From positions 1 to 64,000 of the forward strand of contig CM061252.1 in the NCBI GenBank assembly GCA_022605425.2: DNA of 64,000 nucleotides, written 5' to 3'. Made by a program: the position numbers and the translations under genes. The stretch's first letter is position 1; every line of letters begins with the position of its first letter. Shown here in pieces: positions 29,165-40,458 of the stretch. Source of the DNA: Hamiltosporidium tvaerminnensis FI-OER-3-3 (lineage: Eukaryota; Fungi; Microsporidia). The notes beneath the pieces are model-generated. The model saw nothing but the letters and a program-made list of their open reading frames with translations, searched no databases and had not been told where the DNA came from.

Positions 29165-29831
29165 AAATATCGAATACGTTCAAAAATTAGTGGTAATTGT
29201 AATTTTTTCATGATTTAACGTGATTCTAGGTTTAACATAAACAACTGCTCATCTCTACACTTCTTTGGTACCCCCTACTTACTTACATCCCAAAGCCTTT
29301 TATTTTAAGGTTAGCAAAAAGATATTAATGGCCGAGGAAGGTGTCTGAAGTGTGATCGTAGGTAGAAATCAATCCTAGACTACCCAATAATTATGCAGTA
29401 TTCGAATTACATTACACTCTCTGAATCTTATGAACTCCTAGTTAAGATATATTTTATGCCTTAAATAGATTACACAGATATGCGACACCAAGCCGACGGG
29501 TATATCCGCTGCTTAGCTTTTCTTGCTTTAAAGGGTTTTTTTCAATTGCTAAGTCTTCTAACTCGTGTGAAAAAGGCTAAGTTTCAATGGTTTTACTGGC
29601 ATTTACCTATGAATTCGGTTTCGGCTATGTTAAATAAAAACTACAAAATAGATTTGTTTAAAAAGTTTCGAACTTTACTAGACCTCCTTCTGCGAATACA
29701 AATCCGAAGGAACAACCAAAATTCTAGTGTGGATTGATTTCCGCAGAAAAAATGCAAACGATAGTCTTCCTATTAATTCCATATAGTCATTGCTAAGTGG
29801 AAAGTTTTTTAGGTGGTTATCTTTTCTCCAC
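29165..29831 (-). ncRNA. Decayed copy C of the ~700-nt structured repeat family
   Basis: The reverse complement is collinear with copies A/B: gtggagaaaagataaccac...ttagaagacttagc...aaagctaag...aaaggctttggga...gcagttgtttatgttaaacctagaa...ccact. Confidence 0.6.
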
Positions 29832-31840
29832 GCTTCTTCATTATTATTTCATATAAAATCGCAAATCAATAGAATTCAACATTTAAAAATTTTGCGTTAT
29901 TCTTTATTATTTTGTGCTATAATAACGAATCATCATAAGCTGATATTGGTTAAGTTTTGGATTTAACCATTTTGAAGATAATCGATAAAATTTTATTTTT
30001 ACCTCTGAAAAACTATTGAAAAATGAATTTATTAAATCGAAAAGATTTTTTGCTCTTTTGGAGTCATATATCAAAATATTTAATGGGATTAGTCTCTCAT
30101 AAATTCTACTTGTTGTGAAAGTTTACAATTTTTTAGGATACCTTTTTTTAAAATCATCCAAATATTGGAATATAACAGTAAAAATAAAAACTTAGGTGCT
30201 TTGAGGAATTAGAAAACAAACCACTTCTAGAATTTAAAATATTTGCACTTTATATGAATTGAAAAATTATTTTACAAATTTCTTGTATTGTGGTACATTA
30301 TTAACATTCAAATTACAAATACCAAGTCTTGATATTGCTTATATTTTAAAATAAGTCTATATTGCATATAGTATTTGTAAATTAAATAGTTATTCTACAA
30401 CTAAAGTGAAAGAAAAGTCGTGTATAAAATTATTTTAAGTATGAAAGGGCGATTATGTGTCGTATTAGGAAATATTAGATGCGTTGAACTCCTTGGACTA
30501 TTTAAAAAAAAAATATTGAAATTTTTAGAGAGCTAAGTGAGCTCGAATATGAAACCTGTAAATAAAATACATATCTCATTATGAAAAAGACTAAGGTCTT
30601 GGGATTTAGGAAATCTTGTTATATGTAAAAAAAATTGACAAGAAAATCTAACTATGCAATAAAAAACAGGAATCCTACAATGAAATTTCTATAAAATTAC
30701 TTTACTGTTTTATTTGTATACGATACTTTCAATAAAGATAAATAAATATAGTTCTAACCGAAATTTTTTTCACCTATATTATAGAAAATTTATTAAATAG
30801 TAAACGAAGTATACCATTTGTAAATCTCAATAAATTATATAATTTAATTTCGATCCGATATAAAAAAAAATCTTTAAACAGTTAGACTAGACTTTATTTG
30901 GTTTAAATGCCCCCAGAACTACTTCATTTTTATAACGGTCTATTCAAAATTTATAACGAACTATAAATTATATTTTTAAAGAAGTTCTTGAAAATCCGCA
31001 AGCAAAACATAACAAAAAAGATAAAACTTGGTCTAGAAACATGATATTCGGCACAGATATGTATTTTTTGGTAAAAAATTTAGTAAAAAAGCATATTAAA
31101 GTCAGAATCACTCCACGGGATTTGCTTTAAATTAGGCAAACAAAAAATTTACGCAAATGATTTGTGGCCAGAGAAACTTGATTTTATTATAAAGTTAGGT
31201 TGACTTATTTCTTATATTTTATTTCAAAATGGTTTATTAGCTGATATAATAAAAAATATATTTGATGTATGATGTCGCTGTTAGAATATAGGCATACATC
31301 AAGTCGATGTTACTTTATAATACATTCGAAGTTTCTTATTTTATTCGAAAGAGAGGAGCTATGGTAAACAAAATATAAATCCAGTTTTAAAGAAAGCATA
31401 ACGAGGGATAGATGTAGGAAATACAAACACAGTGGATGTAGCTTTAATTTAAAATATTTTCAAAGATGTTTTAGTTTATTCTTCGAATATTCTATTTAAA
31501 TCATTAATTAAAGATTGAATGAAAGAAAAAAATATCAAACCAAAGTATAAAAATTAGTCGAACCATAATGAAACTAGCTGTATGGAAGTGGAAAAAATCA
31601 AATAAATTAGAAAATTTTTAAACCAACTAGTCTAAAATCCAAAAAATTGTGACAAATTAATATTATTTGGTTTTAAGTTTTAATATATATTGATGAAACT
31701 AAAAATTTACAAAAAACATATCAGAACAGTTATCTTTATACAAAAAACAAAAAATTTCCTAAAAACCTCTAAATGGATATTTTTTGAGGTCATATTAGAC
31801 ATAATAAACTTAAATTATAGAAAATCAAATATTTTTATTT

Positions 31841-33130
31841 TCATTTCGACATATTTTCTTCATAAACTTCTTCCAGGGCTTTAATTGAAAATTTTTTAGA
31901 CAAACTTTTAAGTTCAGTTTGAAATTTTACTAAAGCTTTGAGATCGTTCGAATCACTAACTAAGTCAACCACAAAACCAGGCCTACCAAATCTTCCAGAT
32001 CGACCTATACGATGAATATATGTTTCCAAATTTGGTATTCCTTTAACTATTGGAAGATCAAAATTTATAACGAGGTTTACCTGTGGAATATCCATTCCTC
32101 GTGAAAATATATCAGTTGAAATCAATACACGAGCCTTTGCAGTTTTAAAATCCTCCACAATTTTTTCATTTGCTGCCATTTCAATATCCCCATGAAGACA
32201 TGCAGTTTCATGAAGATCAGCCTCTAATTTTTTTTTTAAAACCTCAACCATATGTTTGGTTGCAACAAAAATTATAGACTGCCCTACACTTAAATATTCA
32301 TATAAAGATTTTAAAGCTTTCATTTTTTCTTTTCTCTCTGTTTCTAAATAATATAATTTTATTTTTTCGGGTTTTAAATTTTCCTTTTCATACATACAAA
32401 TGGCTTTTGGGGAATAATCTGCAATAACTTTTTTAATTTGCGGATAGAAAGTAGCAGAGAAATATATTTTTTGAGATTTTTCTAAAATTTTTAAAATTAC
32501 ATATGCATTAGAACCCATACTACTATCTAAATTTAAAACCGCATCCGCCTCATCAATAACTATAATTTTAACAGTTTGGGCATTTTCCTTGTCCATGTTA
32601 AATAACTTCAAAACACCGCCCGGACTTCCAACAATAATTTCTTGATTCATATATTTTACATCCGGTTTTACAGTATAAACATTTATATTGTTTGGCGCTC
32701 CTAGTTTAGCAATCACATCAGAAATCTGTTGATTCAGAATTCTTGTTGGTGTTAGAATCACTGCTTGCAAACCACCTTTAGAAACACATTTTTGAAGAAG
32801 ACAAGTTCCATATGCTAATGTTTTCCCTGTTCCACTTTTACTCTGTACTACCAAATCATCTCCTTTTAAAATGGTTGGAATGGATGCAGCTTGTATAATA
32901 CTTGGATGTTCGCATCCCATTTCATATATAGAATCAAGCAAATAGTCATCTAATTCCATTTCTGAGAATTTTTCTTTAACTATTAGATTCTGATTCTTTG
33001 GCAGTTTAATTTCCCAATTATTTAAACTGGCTTGTATAGATGATTTTATTATTTCAGTGTCTTTAGATAATTCTTCAAATAGTTCAAACGCTACTTGTTT
33101 TTCAGTTTGAAAATTCACCTCATTGTTCAT
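31841..33130 (-). CDS. DBP5: DEAD-box ATP-dependent RNA helicase Dbp5/DDX19 (mRNA export)
   Basis: 429 aa; PSIIQ, QSKSGTGKT, DEAD, FSAT, GQSIIFV, RGMDIPQVNLVINFDLP and ETYIHRIGRSGRFGRPG are typical of Dbp5; upstream acccagaaatATG. Confidence 0.92.
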   Translation of the reverse strand: MNNEVNFQTEKQVAFELFEELSKDTEIIKSSIQASLNNWEIKLPKNQNLIVKEKFSEMELDDYLLDSIYEMGCEHPSIIQAASIPTILKGDDLVVQSKSGTGKTLAYGTCLLQKCVSKGGLQAVILTPTRILNQQISDVIAKLGAPNNINVYTVKPDVKYMNQEIIVGSPGGVLKLFNMDKENAQTVKIIVIDEADAVLNLDSSMGSNAYVILKILEKSQKIYFSATFYPQIKKVIADYSPKAICMYEKENLKPEKIKLYYLETERKEKMKALKSLYEYLSVGQSIIFVATKHMVEVLKKKLEADLHETACLHGDIEMAANEKIVEDFKTAKARVLISTDIFSRGMDIPQVNLVINFDLPIVKGIPNLETYIHRIGRSGRFGRPGFVVDLVSDSNDLKALVKFQTELKSLSKKFSIKALEEVYEENMSK

Positions 33131-34564
33131 ATTTCTGGGTAAAAGAAATTTTTATAAAAATATTTAAAAGAATCCTTTTTTTTTATAAAATATTCAAAGC
33201 AAGTTAAAGAAATTCTTAAGTGAATTAAAAAAACTGCTAACTATTTTTTAATACCCTGTTTGTATTTATTACTATTCTTACTTCATTTTTTATGTAAATA
33301 TTTCTAATTATTTTAATATTTAATTTCTTTAAATATAATTTAAATCTAAAAGAAAACCAAAGATATATTTAATTGCTCTATTGTCAGTTAAATCTTAGAC
33401 TATTTTTTCTTATTCTTAAATTCTTAAAAAAAAATATTTTTTTTATCAAAATAAACAGTTGAACACAAAAGAAAGAAATTAAAGAAATTTTAACCATTTT
33501 TTTCAATTAAAAATTTAAAAACAATTTGTATTCTAATTCATTAAAAAGTTTTGCTGATAATTTTAAATTTTTTATTAAATGGATTCGGATTATAAAGATG
33601 TGGATTTTTAATATTACTAGAACAGATAACCCTGGGTTTGATAGAAAGAAACTGTTCTACAAAGATAAATACAATATAATAGATTCGTAAAGATTTCAAT
33701 AACCTAAATCAAAATTATTTACATTTCTAAAATAAACATAATTGAATTAATTTTGCTGAAAACATATTTAAATTAGGTAACCAGATAAAATATGTATTAG
33801 AGTCTCAATTAATTATAAATTTTTGTATAAATGATAAATAGATTTTTTAAAAAATAAAGAAATTTGTTTGTTCATTCATTTTCTTTTTAATGTCTTTTAT
33901 AATAAAACAAATCTAAACTATACTGAAATAATTGAGATTAAATCATCTATATGTAGATAAAGTATTTGAATCATAAAAAAGCAAATAGTTTAATAGTGAG
34001 TCTTTTATTCGAAGCATTTATTAACATAATCTGCTGAAGAATAAATCGTTACTAATTTAATTTTATAAAAAATTCAATAGCAAAAATCTATTTATTAATT
34101 ACTTAAGAGACTATCTTAAGTCCTTTTTTTGCTGCAAGTAAAATTAATTTCTTTTATTTGAATCCAAAATATTTTTTAAAAAAATTTTAATAAAAAATTC
34201 TTATATTTTTTTGTTTTAAAAGAGAAAACTTGTTCCTTAGATTTTATTGTTAAGTATATTATTTAAATGGATTTTAGATAATACGAAGGTAATAAATACT
34301 TGATTTTTATTATAGAATTAATTTTTTAAAATAAAAATTTATTTTGAAGAGAATAAACTTGTGAAATTTTTTTAAAAAATATTTCAGAAGTTTATACGCG
34401 GTATAATATGTGAGAATAATATTATACTGCGATTATTGAGTTTATTGAGTCATATATAGATCAAAAGATGAAATTCGAGTGATTTAATTCGATTTTTGAT
34501 TTTATTTTTTTTTTTTCAAAAATAAATTTTGTAAAGATTTTATATTTTATACAAAGGTAATATG

Positions 34565-35290
34565 GTGGAGGGAGGATACCCACATAAAAAACTTTCTGCT
34601 TGGCAATGAGTATGTGAAACTGGCGTGAGATCATTGTTTGGATTTTTGGTGGGAATAAAACCACACTACATCTTCGGTTGTTCCATGGGAGTTGTTATGA
34701 GGAGAAGAGGTCTAAGAAATGGAGAAACTTTTTCTACAAATTTATTTGTAGTTTTTTATGTAACCAGATTGCAGACCGCAGCTGAACATGTAGGTAATTG
34801 CCATGTAAAAGCATGGAAACCTAGCCTTGCTCACTCGGGTTAGAAGACTTAGCGCCTGGGAGACAAAAAAATAAAAACCATATAAAGCCAGGAAAGCTAA
34901 GTAGCAGGTTATACCTGTTGGTATGACATTGCACTGTCTAGGTGGACCCCATGTAAATCTCTGAAATATATCTTAGCTAGAAGTTTATTGGGTTCAGAAA
35001 GTGTAGAGTAAGTGGGAATGCTGCATAGTCTTGGGGGAGCCCAGGGTGGGCTTCGGCCTTCGATCACACTCCATGCAACGGACATTAACGAACTCCGGGC
35101 AACTGCATCGCCTATTAATTGGTTTTACACACCTGGTAGATGAAAGGCTTTGGGACGTAGGTATCGCAGGGGTTACTGATGGGGTTTTGGGGTAGCAGTT
35201 ATTTATGTTAAACCTAGAACTGCGTTAATGTCATGAAAACAAATATAACACTTGCCACTGTTTTAAAAAAGATGTGATACTTTAAATAAA
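34565..35290 (+). ncRNA. Copy A of a ~700-nt GC-elevated, structured non-coding repeat (candidate large ncRNA or non-autonomous mobile element)
   Basis: Roughly 85-90% identical by eye to 39503-40225; many hairpins including gggc-TTCG-gcct; 10-bp long-range helix 35081-35090/35223-35232; no conserved ORF start. Confidence 0.65.
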
Positions 35291-37714
35291 ATTTACAAAG
35301 GTAATATAAGAATATAAAATAAATCAAAAATAATGAATAATTGAAATTTTTTAACTCGGAGATAAATTTTAATTTTTATAAATAAAAAATATTTTGCCTT
35401 ATTACGGAAACCTAAGAACAATGATTTATAATAATTGAGAAAATGAAAAATCAGAATTTAAAAAAATTTAATAATAAGTAGATATCATGTTAATTGTGTT
35501 TTTTTGTCATATAAAGTAGAAAAAAAAATACCAGAATGAAGATTTTTTTTAGTTCTTAAGAATATATAAAAAAATATTTAAAAAACGCTTAAAAAAATAT
35601 CTGAAATAAAATTTTTAATTCAGGGAATTTATAATTCTACCTTTATTTACATTTGTTCAGGACACATCTTTAAGTATAGCATGATAATCAAGCTTATAAA
35701 CAGAATTCTGTATAAAAAAGCTAAGTAGAAAGAATAACAACATTAAATTGCTTTCGCCTGTTGCCCCATTGAACTTAAATGAAGGTAATTATATTTCTAA
35801 ACAACAAACTTTTTATTTTAAACATTTTCTACTTTCATTTTTACTATTTTCATTATAGATTTACGGCAAAATAATTATTTTTTTACCTTTTTTTTATTTC
35901 AAACGATAGTCTTAAATCATAAAAAAAGACATTTTTAAAAATTTAAACTTCATCATACATCATTTCAAACCTTCAAACCTTCAAATTTTAATCAATAATT
36001 TATCCTTTAATCCTCTATTTTCTATTTTCTATTTATATATGGAATGAGAAATAATATTTTAAATTTATAACTTAGAATTTTATATTTACAACTATGGTAA
36101 TATTAATCTTGTAAAACGCAAGGATTATTTATAAATAAGTAAATATTGAAATATTGGTACTAACTACGAACAATATAAGATATTAGATGAAACTAAGTAA
36201 ATATTGTCGATTCATAGTTATTTAAAAATTTATAGATGGTATTCTATTATTGTATAAAAGAAAATGGATAAAACTATACTCAATATACAGATTATAAACG
36301 CTGAGGAATAAAAAGGTTCTTCTGAAAATACATCAAATATTAAATTCATTGCTAATATATTAAATGCAGAAATCTCTTAAAAATTCCAAACATAATTTAA
36401 TCCAAAGAATATCTACACAGTATTGATTAAAACCCAAGAAAAATTAGATATATATCTATAAAAAGAAAAACAATTATTAAATCCAAGGAATATTACGAAA
36501 TATTAATAAAGAACATAACTGATAATCTATGGGCATGTATCCATTAATATAAAATCTTTATAAATTTACTTAAAATATATTTTTTTATAAATTGATAGTT
36601 AAATGAATTACAATTTACTTTTTTTTCCTTCCTAATTCTTCTAATTTTATTTCTGATTTTACGATAAAAAAATTGTATAAAATTGAATATTATTTCAATT
36701 TGATGATAAATACACCAATAATGAATTCATAATTCATTTTTATTTATATTTTGAGCAAAAATATACGTCGTTATTTTAATATTTAATACCCGAGCATATT
36801 TACTACATTTATAGAGTACAAACAGAATACATATAAAATTGAAATATCAAATTGTGTTTTTTATTACGCTTTATTTTCCAGATTCAAATATATTTATCAA
36901 TTTAATATTTCTCGAATTACAAAGAAATTAATTAAATTATTTAACTGAAAATTTTAGGTCGAAAAATATTAAATATATATTTAGAATTGAGTTTGAATTA
37001 ATATAAATTATTTAACTAAATAAAGAAAATAATATTTATTTATATTCTAAGTTTTTAATCATATTTTTATCTTTAATTTTAGTATTAAATGTGGTAAGTA
37101 GTATTTTTTCTATTTAAATCTTTAAATATATTTTGTAATTTAACTAAATTGTAACAGAAACAAATTTATACTTTTTTTTAATGATTGTTGTTATTTATAT
37201 ATGTTTTAGTTAAAAGTTATTTTAAAAATCTTTCGGTAAATCTACTACGAATTTTATTAAAATAAAACTTTTAAACAAATTTTAGGATTTACAAACCAAT
37301 AAATTTATAAGAAATTTTTTTAGTAAATAAGAATAAAATTTAAATAAAGATTTATTTCATTTTAAATTTTTTATTTTTATTTGTAAATAATTTGTATTTA
37401 TTCAATAACCTTAATAATTTGTATTAAAAATTAGAAAAAAAGCTTTGAATATCAATAATTATTAAGAATTTTTCTTATTTTAGTCTGAGATGTATAAATA
37501 AATTTGTATTTAACTTAAAACTCTGTCTATAAATAACCTTACATTTGTTTTTCTATTTTTAGAAAACCACAAGTTTAATTCATTTATACATTTATTTAGA
37601 CGTTTTTTATATTAAAAAAACTAAATTTATTTATATTTTTCATTAGTAGCTTCCTTTATATATTTATATTCAAATTAAAAAAAATATTTATTTCTTATAT
37701 TATGATTTACATAC

Positions 37715-38164
37715 AAATCATACTACTTCTATAAATATAGAATCAAAATACAAGCAATATAGTTACTTAGTACAAGTTAATAAAATTAAAATCATACTAC
37801 TTCTATAAATATAGAATCAAAATACAAGCAATATAGTTACTTAGTACAAGTTAATAAAATTAAAATCATACTACTTCTATAAATATAGAATCAAAATACA
37901 AGCAATATAGTTACTTAGTACAAGTTAATAAAATTAAAATCATACTACTTCTATAAATATAGAATCAAAATACAAGCAATATAGTTACTTAGTACAAGTT
38001 AATAAAATTAAAATCATACTACTTCTATAAATATAGAATCAAAATACAAGCAATATAGTTACTTAGTAGAAGTTATTTAAATTAAAATCATACTACTTCT
38101 ATAAATATAGAATCAAAATACAAGCAATATAGTTACTTAGTATAAGTTATTTAATTAAAATCAT
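37715..38164. repeat. Tandem repeat, 74-bp unit x6
   Basis: aaatcatactacttctataaatatagaatc... recurs at 37715, 37789, 37863, 37937, 38011 and 38085, immediately downstream of PIG-V. Confidence 0.97.
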
Positions 38165-38180
38165 AATATATCTTTATATG

Positions 38181-39290
38181 TTACGCTGGTGGATAATAAG
38201 AACCAAATAAAATGCAATATAAAATACTAAAATTAAAATATCCAAACATAAGTAATAAAAACCACATTTGATCTTTATACTCTTCATATAAAGATACTAG
38301 TGCCCAATAAATAAATGGATTATATGATACAAATCTATAGAACATATTCCAATGTAAAAATAATATAGTAATAATGCATTGTATTACTAATATAAGAACC
38401 AATGCTGTTGTATTTCTCATACGTTGATTAGAATATGATTTGTTCAAAATATTTGTAAAATTATTTTTTAAAAATCTAAAACAAATTATTAAGCAAAATA
38501 CCAAAAAAGGAAATCCAACGAATATATTTGGTATATTTTTCTTAAAAGTATAAAATCTTAAAAATCCTTGTTCCCAATACTTTTTTTGTATGTATGAATA
38601 GGGTATAAATATTATATTTTCTCCTGGATTTATTTTCAGATACCAGTAGCCTTGTACCAATCCAAAAAATATATTTATTAGTAATAAGCCTCCTAGCCAG
38701 TATTTAATGTTTAAAAAAAATACAAATACATTGAATAATACAGCATTTGATCTACACATACCGCACAATCCAAAGAAAAAAAAAGATTTAAAAAAATTTC
38801 TATTTTCTAAAAAGTAAAAACCAATCAAAAATAAAAACATAAAAATACATTCACTATACGTACTGCTATATATGACACTTGCAGGATTAAAAATATAAAA
38901 AATTGAACTTAAAAAAGCCATTCTTTCGTTATATCTTTTAGATGTAATTTTATATAAAATTATTGAATTTAAAATAAAAATTGTGTTGTTTAAAAGTATT
39001 CCAGCACTCAAACAACTTATTTTAAATATTTTTGATATTTCTTTTACCATATAAGGATATAAAGGTAAAAATGCGGTCATATGTTCATTATAATATCCAT
39101 TTTTACATATTTCATTAAAATATAACGCATCCCATCGTAACATAAATTCAAAAATATTATTTTCATCTGCTAAAGAAGTAGATCTATCGTAAGGTGTAAA
39201 TATCAAAGAAGATATATATGTTATACTTAAGTATAATATTCTTGATAAAAAACTTAAGAATATAACCATTTTTATATGATTAGATATCAT
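38181..39290 (-). CDS. GPI18: GPI mannosyltransferase II (PIG-V/Gpi18)
   Basis: 369-aa polytopic membrane protein with RWDALYF, EH..AFLPLYP, NPASVIYSSTYSE, RSN and IQKKYW.QGFLRFY...IPN motifs. Confidence 0.92.
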   Translation of the reverse strand: MISNHIKMVIFLSFLSRILYLSITYISSLIFTPYDRSTSLADENNIFEFMLRWDALYFNEICKNGYYNEHMTAFLPLYPYMVKEISKIFKISCLSAGILLNNTIFILNSIILYKITSKRYNERMAFLSSIFYIFNPASVIYSSTYSECIFMFLFLIGFYFLENRNFFKSFFFFGLCGMCRSNAVLFNVFVFFLNIKYWLGGLLLINIFFGLVQGYWYLKINPGENIIFIPYSYIQKKYWEQGFLRFYTFKKNIPNIFVGFPFLVFCLIICFRFLKNNFTNILNKSYSNQRMRNTTALVLILVIQCIITILFLHWNMFYRFVSYNPFIYWALVSLYEEYKDQMWFLLLMFGYFNFSILYCILFGSYYPPA

Positions 39291-39502
39291 TTGATTGTAG
39301 GGTTTGGTGTTTGAAAAAAAAAATAGAAAAATAATATATTTGAGTTGTTTCTTAATAAATATTTTGATTTATTTTCGAGTAAACAGTATATGAAAAAAAA
39401 ATATCTTCTACCAGTTAAGTTCTAATAAAGGTTTGATTTACTGTCAAGTACTTTGATATATAAAGAATATATCTTTAAATATTCTATTTCTACATATATT
39501 AA

Positions 39503-40225
39503 GTGGAGGGAGGATAACCACATAAAAACTTTCTGCTTGGCAATGAGTGTGGGAAACTGGTGTGAGGTCATTATATGGATTACATGGGAATAAAACCACA
39601 CTACATTTTTGGTTGTTAAATGGAAATTGTTATGATGAGGAGAATCTAAGAAATGGAGAAACTTTTTCTACAAATTTATTTGTAGTTTTTTATGTAACCG
39701 AATTGCAGACCGCAGCTGAATTTGTAGGTAATCGCCATGTAAAAGCATGGAAACCTAGCCTTGCTCACTCGGGTTAGAAGACTTAGCGCCTGGGAGATAT
39801 AAAAATCAAACCCATTAAAAGCCTGGAAAGCTAAGTAGCAGGTTATACCTGTTGGTATGACATTGTACTGTCTAGGTGGACCCCATGTAAATCTCTTGAA
39901 TATATCTATAGTTATAAGTTTGTCATGTTCCGTAGGTTTGAAGTAAGCAGGAATGCTGAATAGTCTTGGGGGAACCCAGGTGGGCTTCGGCCTTCGATCA
40001 CACTCCATGCAATGGACATTAACGAACTCCGGGCAACTGGCTCGCCGATTAATTAGGTTCTACACACCTGGTAGATGAAAGGCTTTGGGACGTAGGTATC
40101 GCAGGGGTTACCGATGGAGTGTTGGGGTAGCAGTTAATTATGTTAAACCTAGAACGGTGTTAATGCATGAAAACAAATATAACACTTGCCACTATTTTAA
40201 AAAGATGTAATACTTTTGAATAAAA
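39503..40225 (+). ncRNA. Copy B of the ~700-nt structured repeat (best-preserved tetraloops)
   Basis: agca-GGAA-tgct, cttggg-GGAA-cccagg, gggc-TTCG-gcct, ccgg-GCAA-ctgg, ccatgt-AAAA-gcatgg; the ends can pair (agtggaggg/cttgccact). Confidence 0.65.
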
Positions 40226-40458
40226 AATTTTAAAATAGAAATAAAATAGAAAATATAAATTTTATCTTTAATTTTTCAAAATCGAATTTAATTAAAATGG
40301 ATTAAAATAGAAAATATTAACTTTATCTGTAGAAATATTTAAAATAGAAGTTAATTAGAATAGAATTTAATTAAAATAAAAAATAAAAAATATAAAATTG
40401 ATTTCATCAGTAAAATAAAATATAAAAATAGAAAATAAGAATAAATGAGAAACATAAT

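Noticed and set aside
34625-34843. Small ORF shared by copies A, B and D of the structured repeat (FVVFYVT...AAE...HVKAWKP)
   Set aside because: No conserved ATG, indels between A and B shift the upstream frame, and copy C is frameshifted. The peptide similarity simply follows DNA homology.
37715-38164. Regular repeats as a CRISPR array
   Set aside because: Head-to-tail identical units with no unique spacers, in a eukaryotic context.
39765-39785. GGGTTAG (CTAACCC on the minus strand) as a telomerase RNA template
   Set aside because: Only 7 nt long, on the strand opposite to the one favoured by tetraloops and G-U pairs, and not conserved in copy C.
39501-40193. Element ends aagtggaggg...taacacttgcc resemble the two halves of a permuted twister ribozyme
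   Set aside because: The required P4 loop (UCCC-AA-GC type) and P1 pairing are not present.
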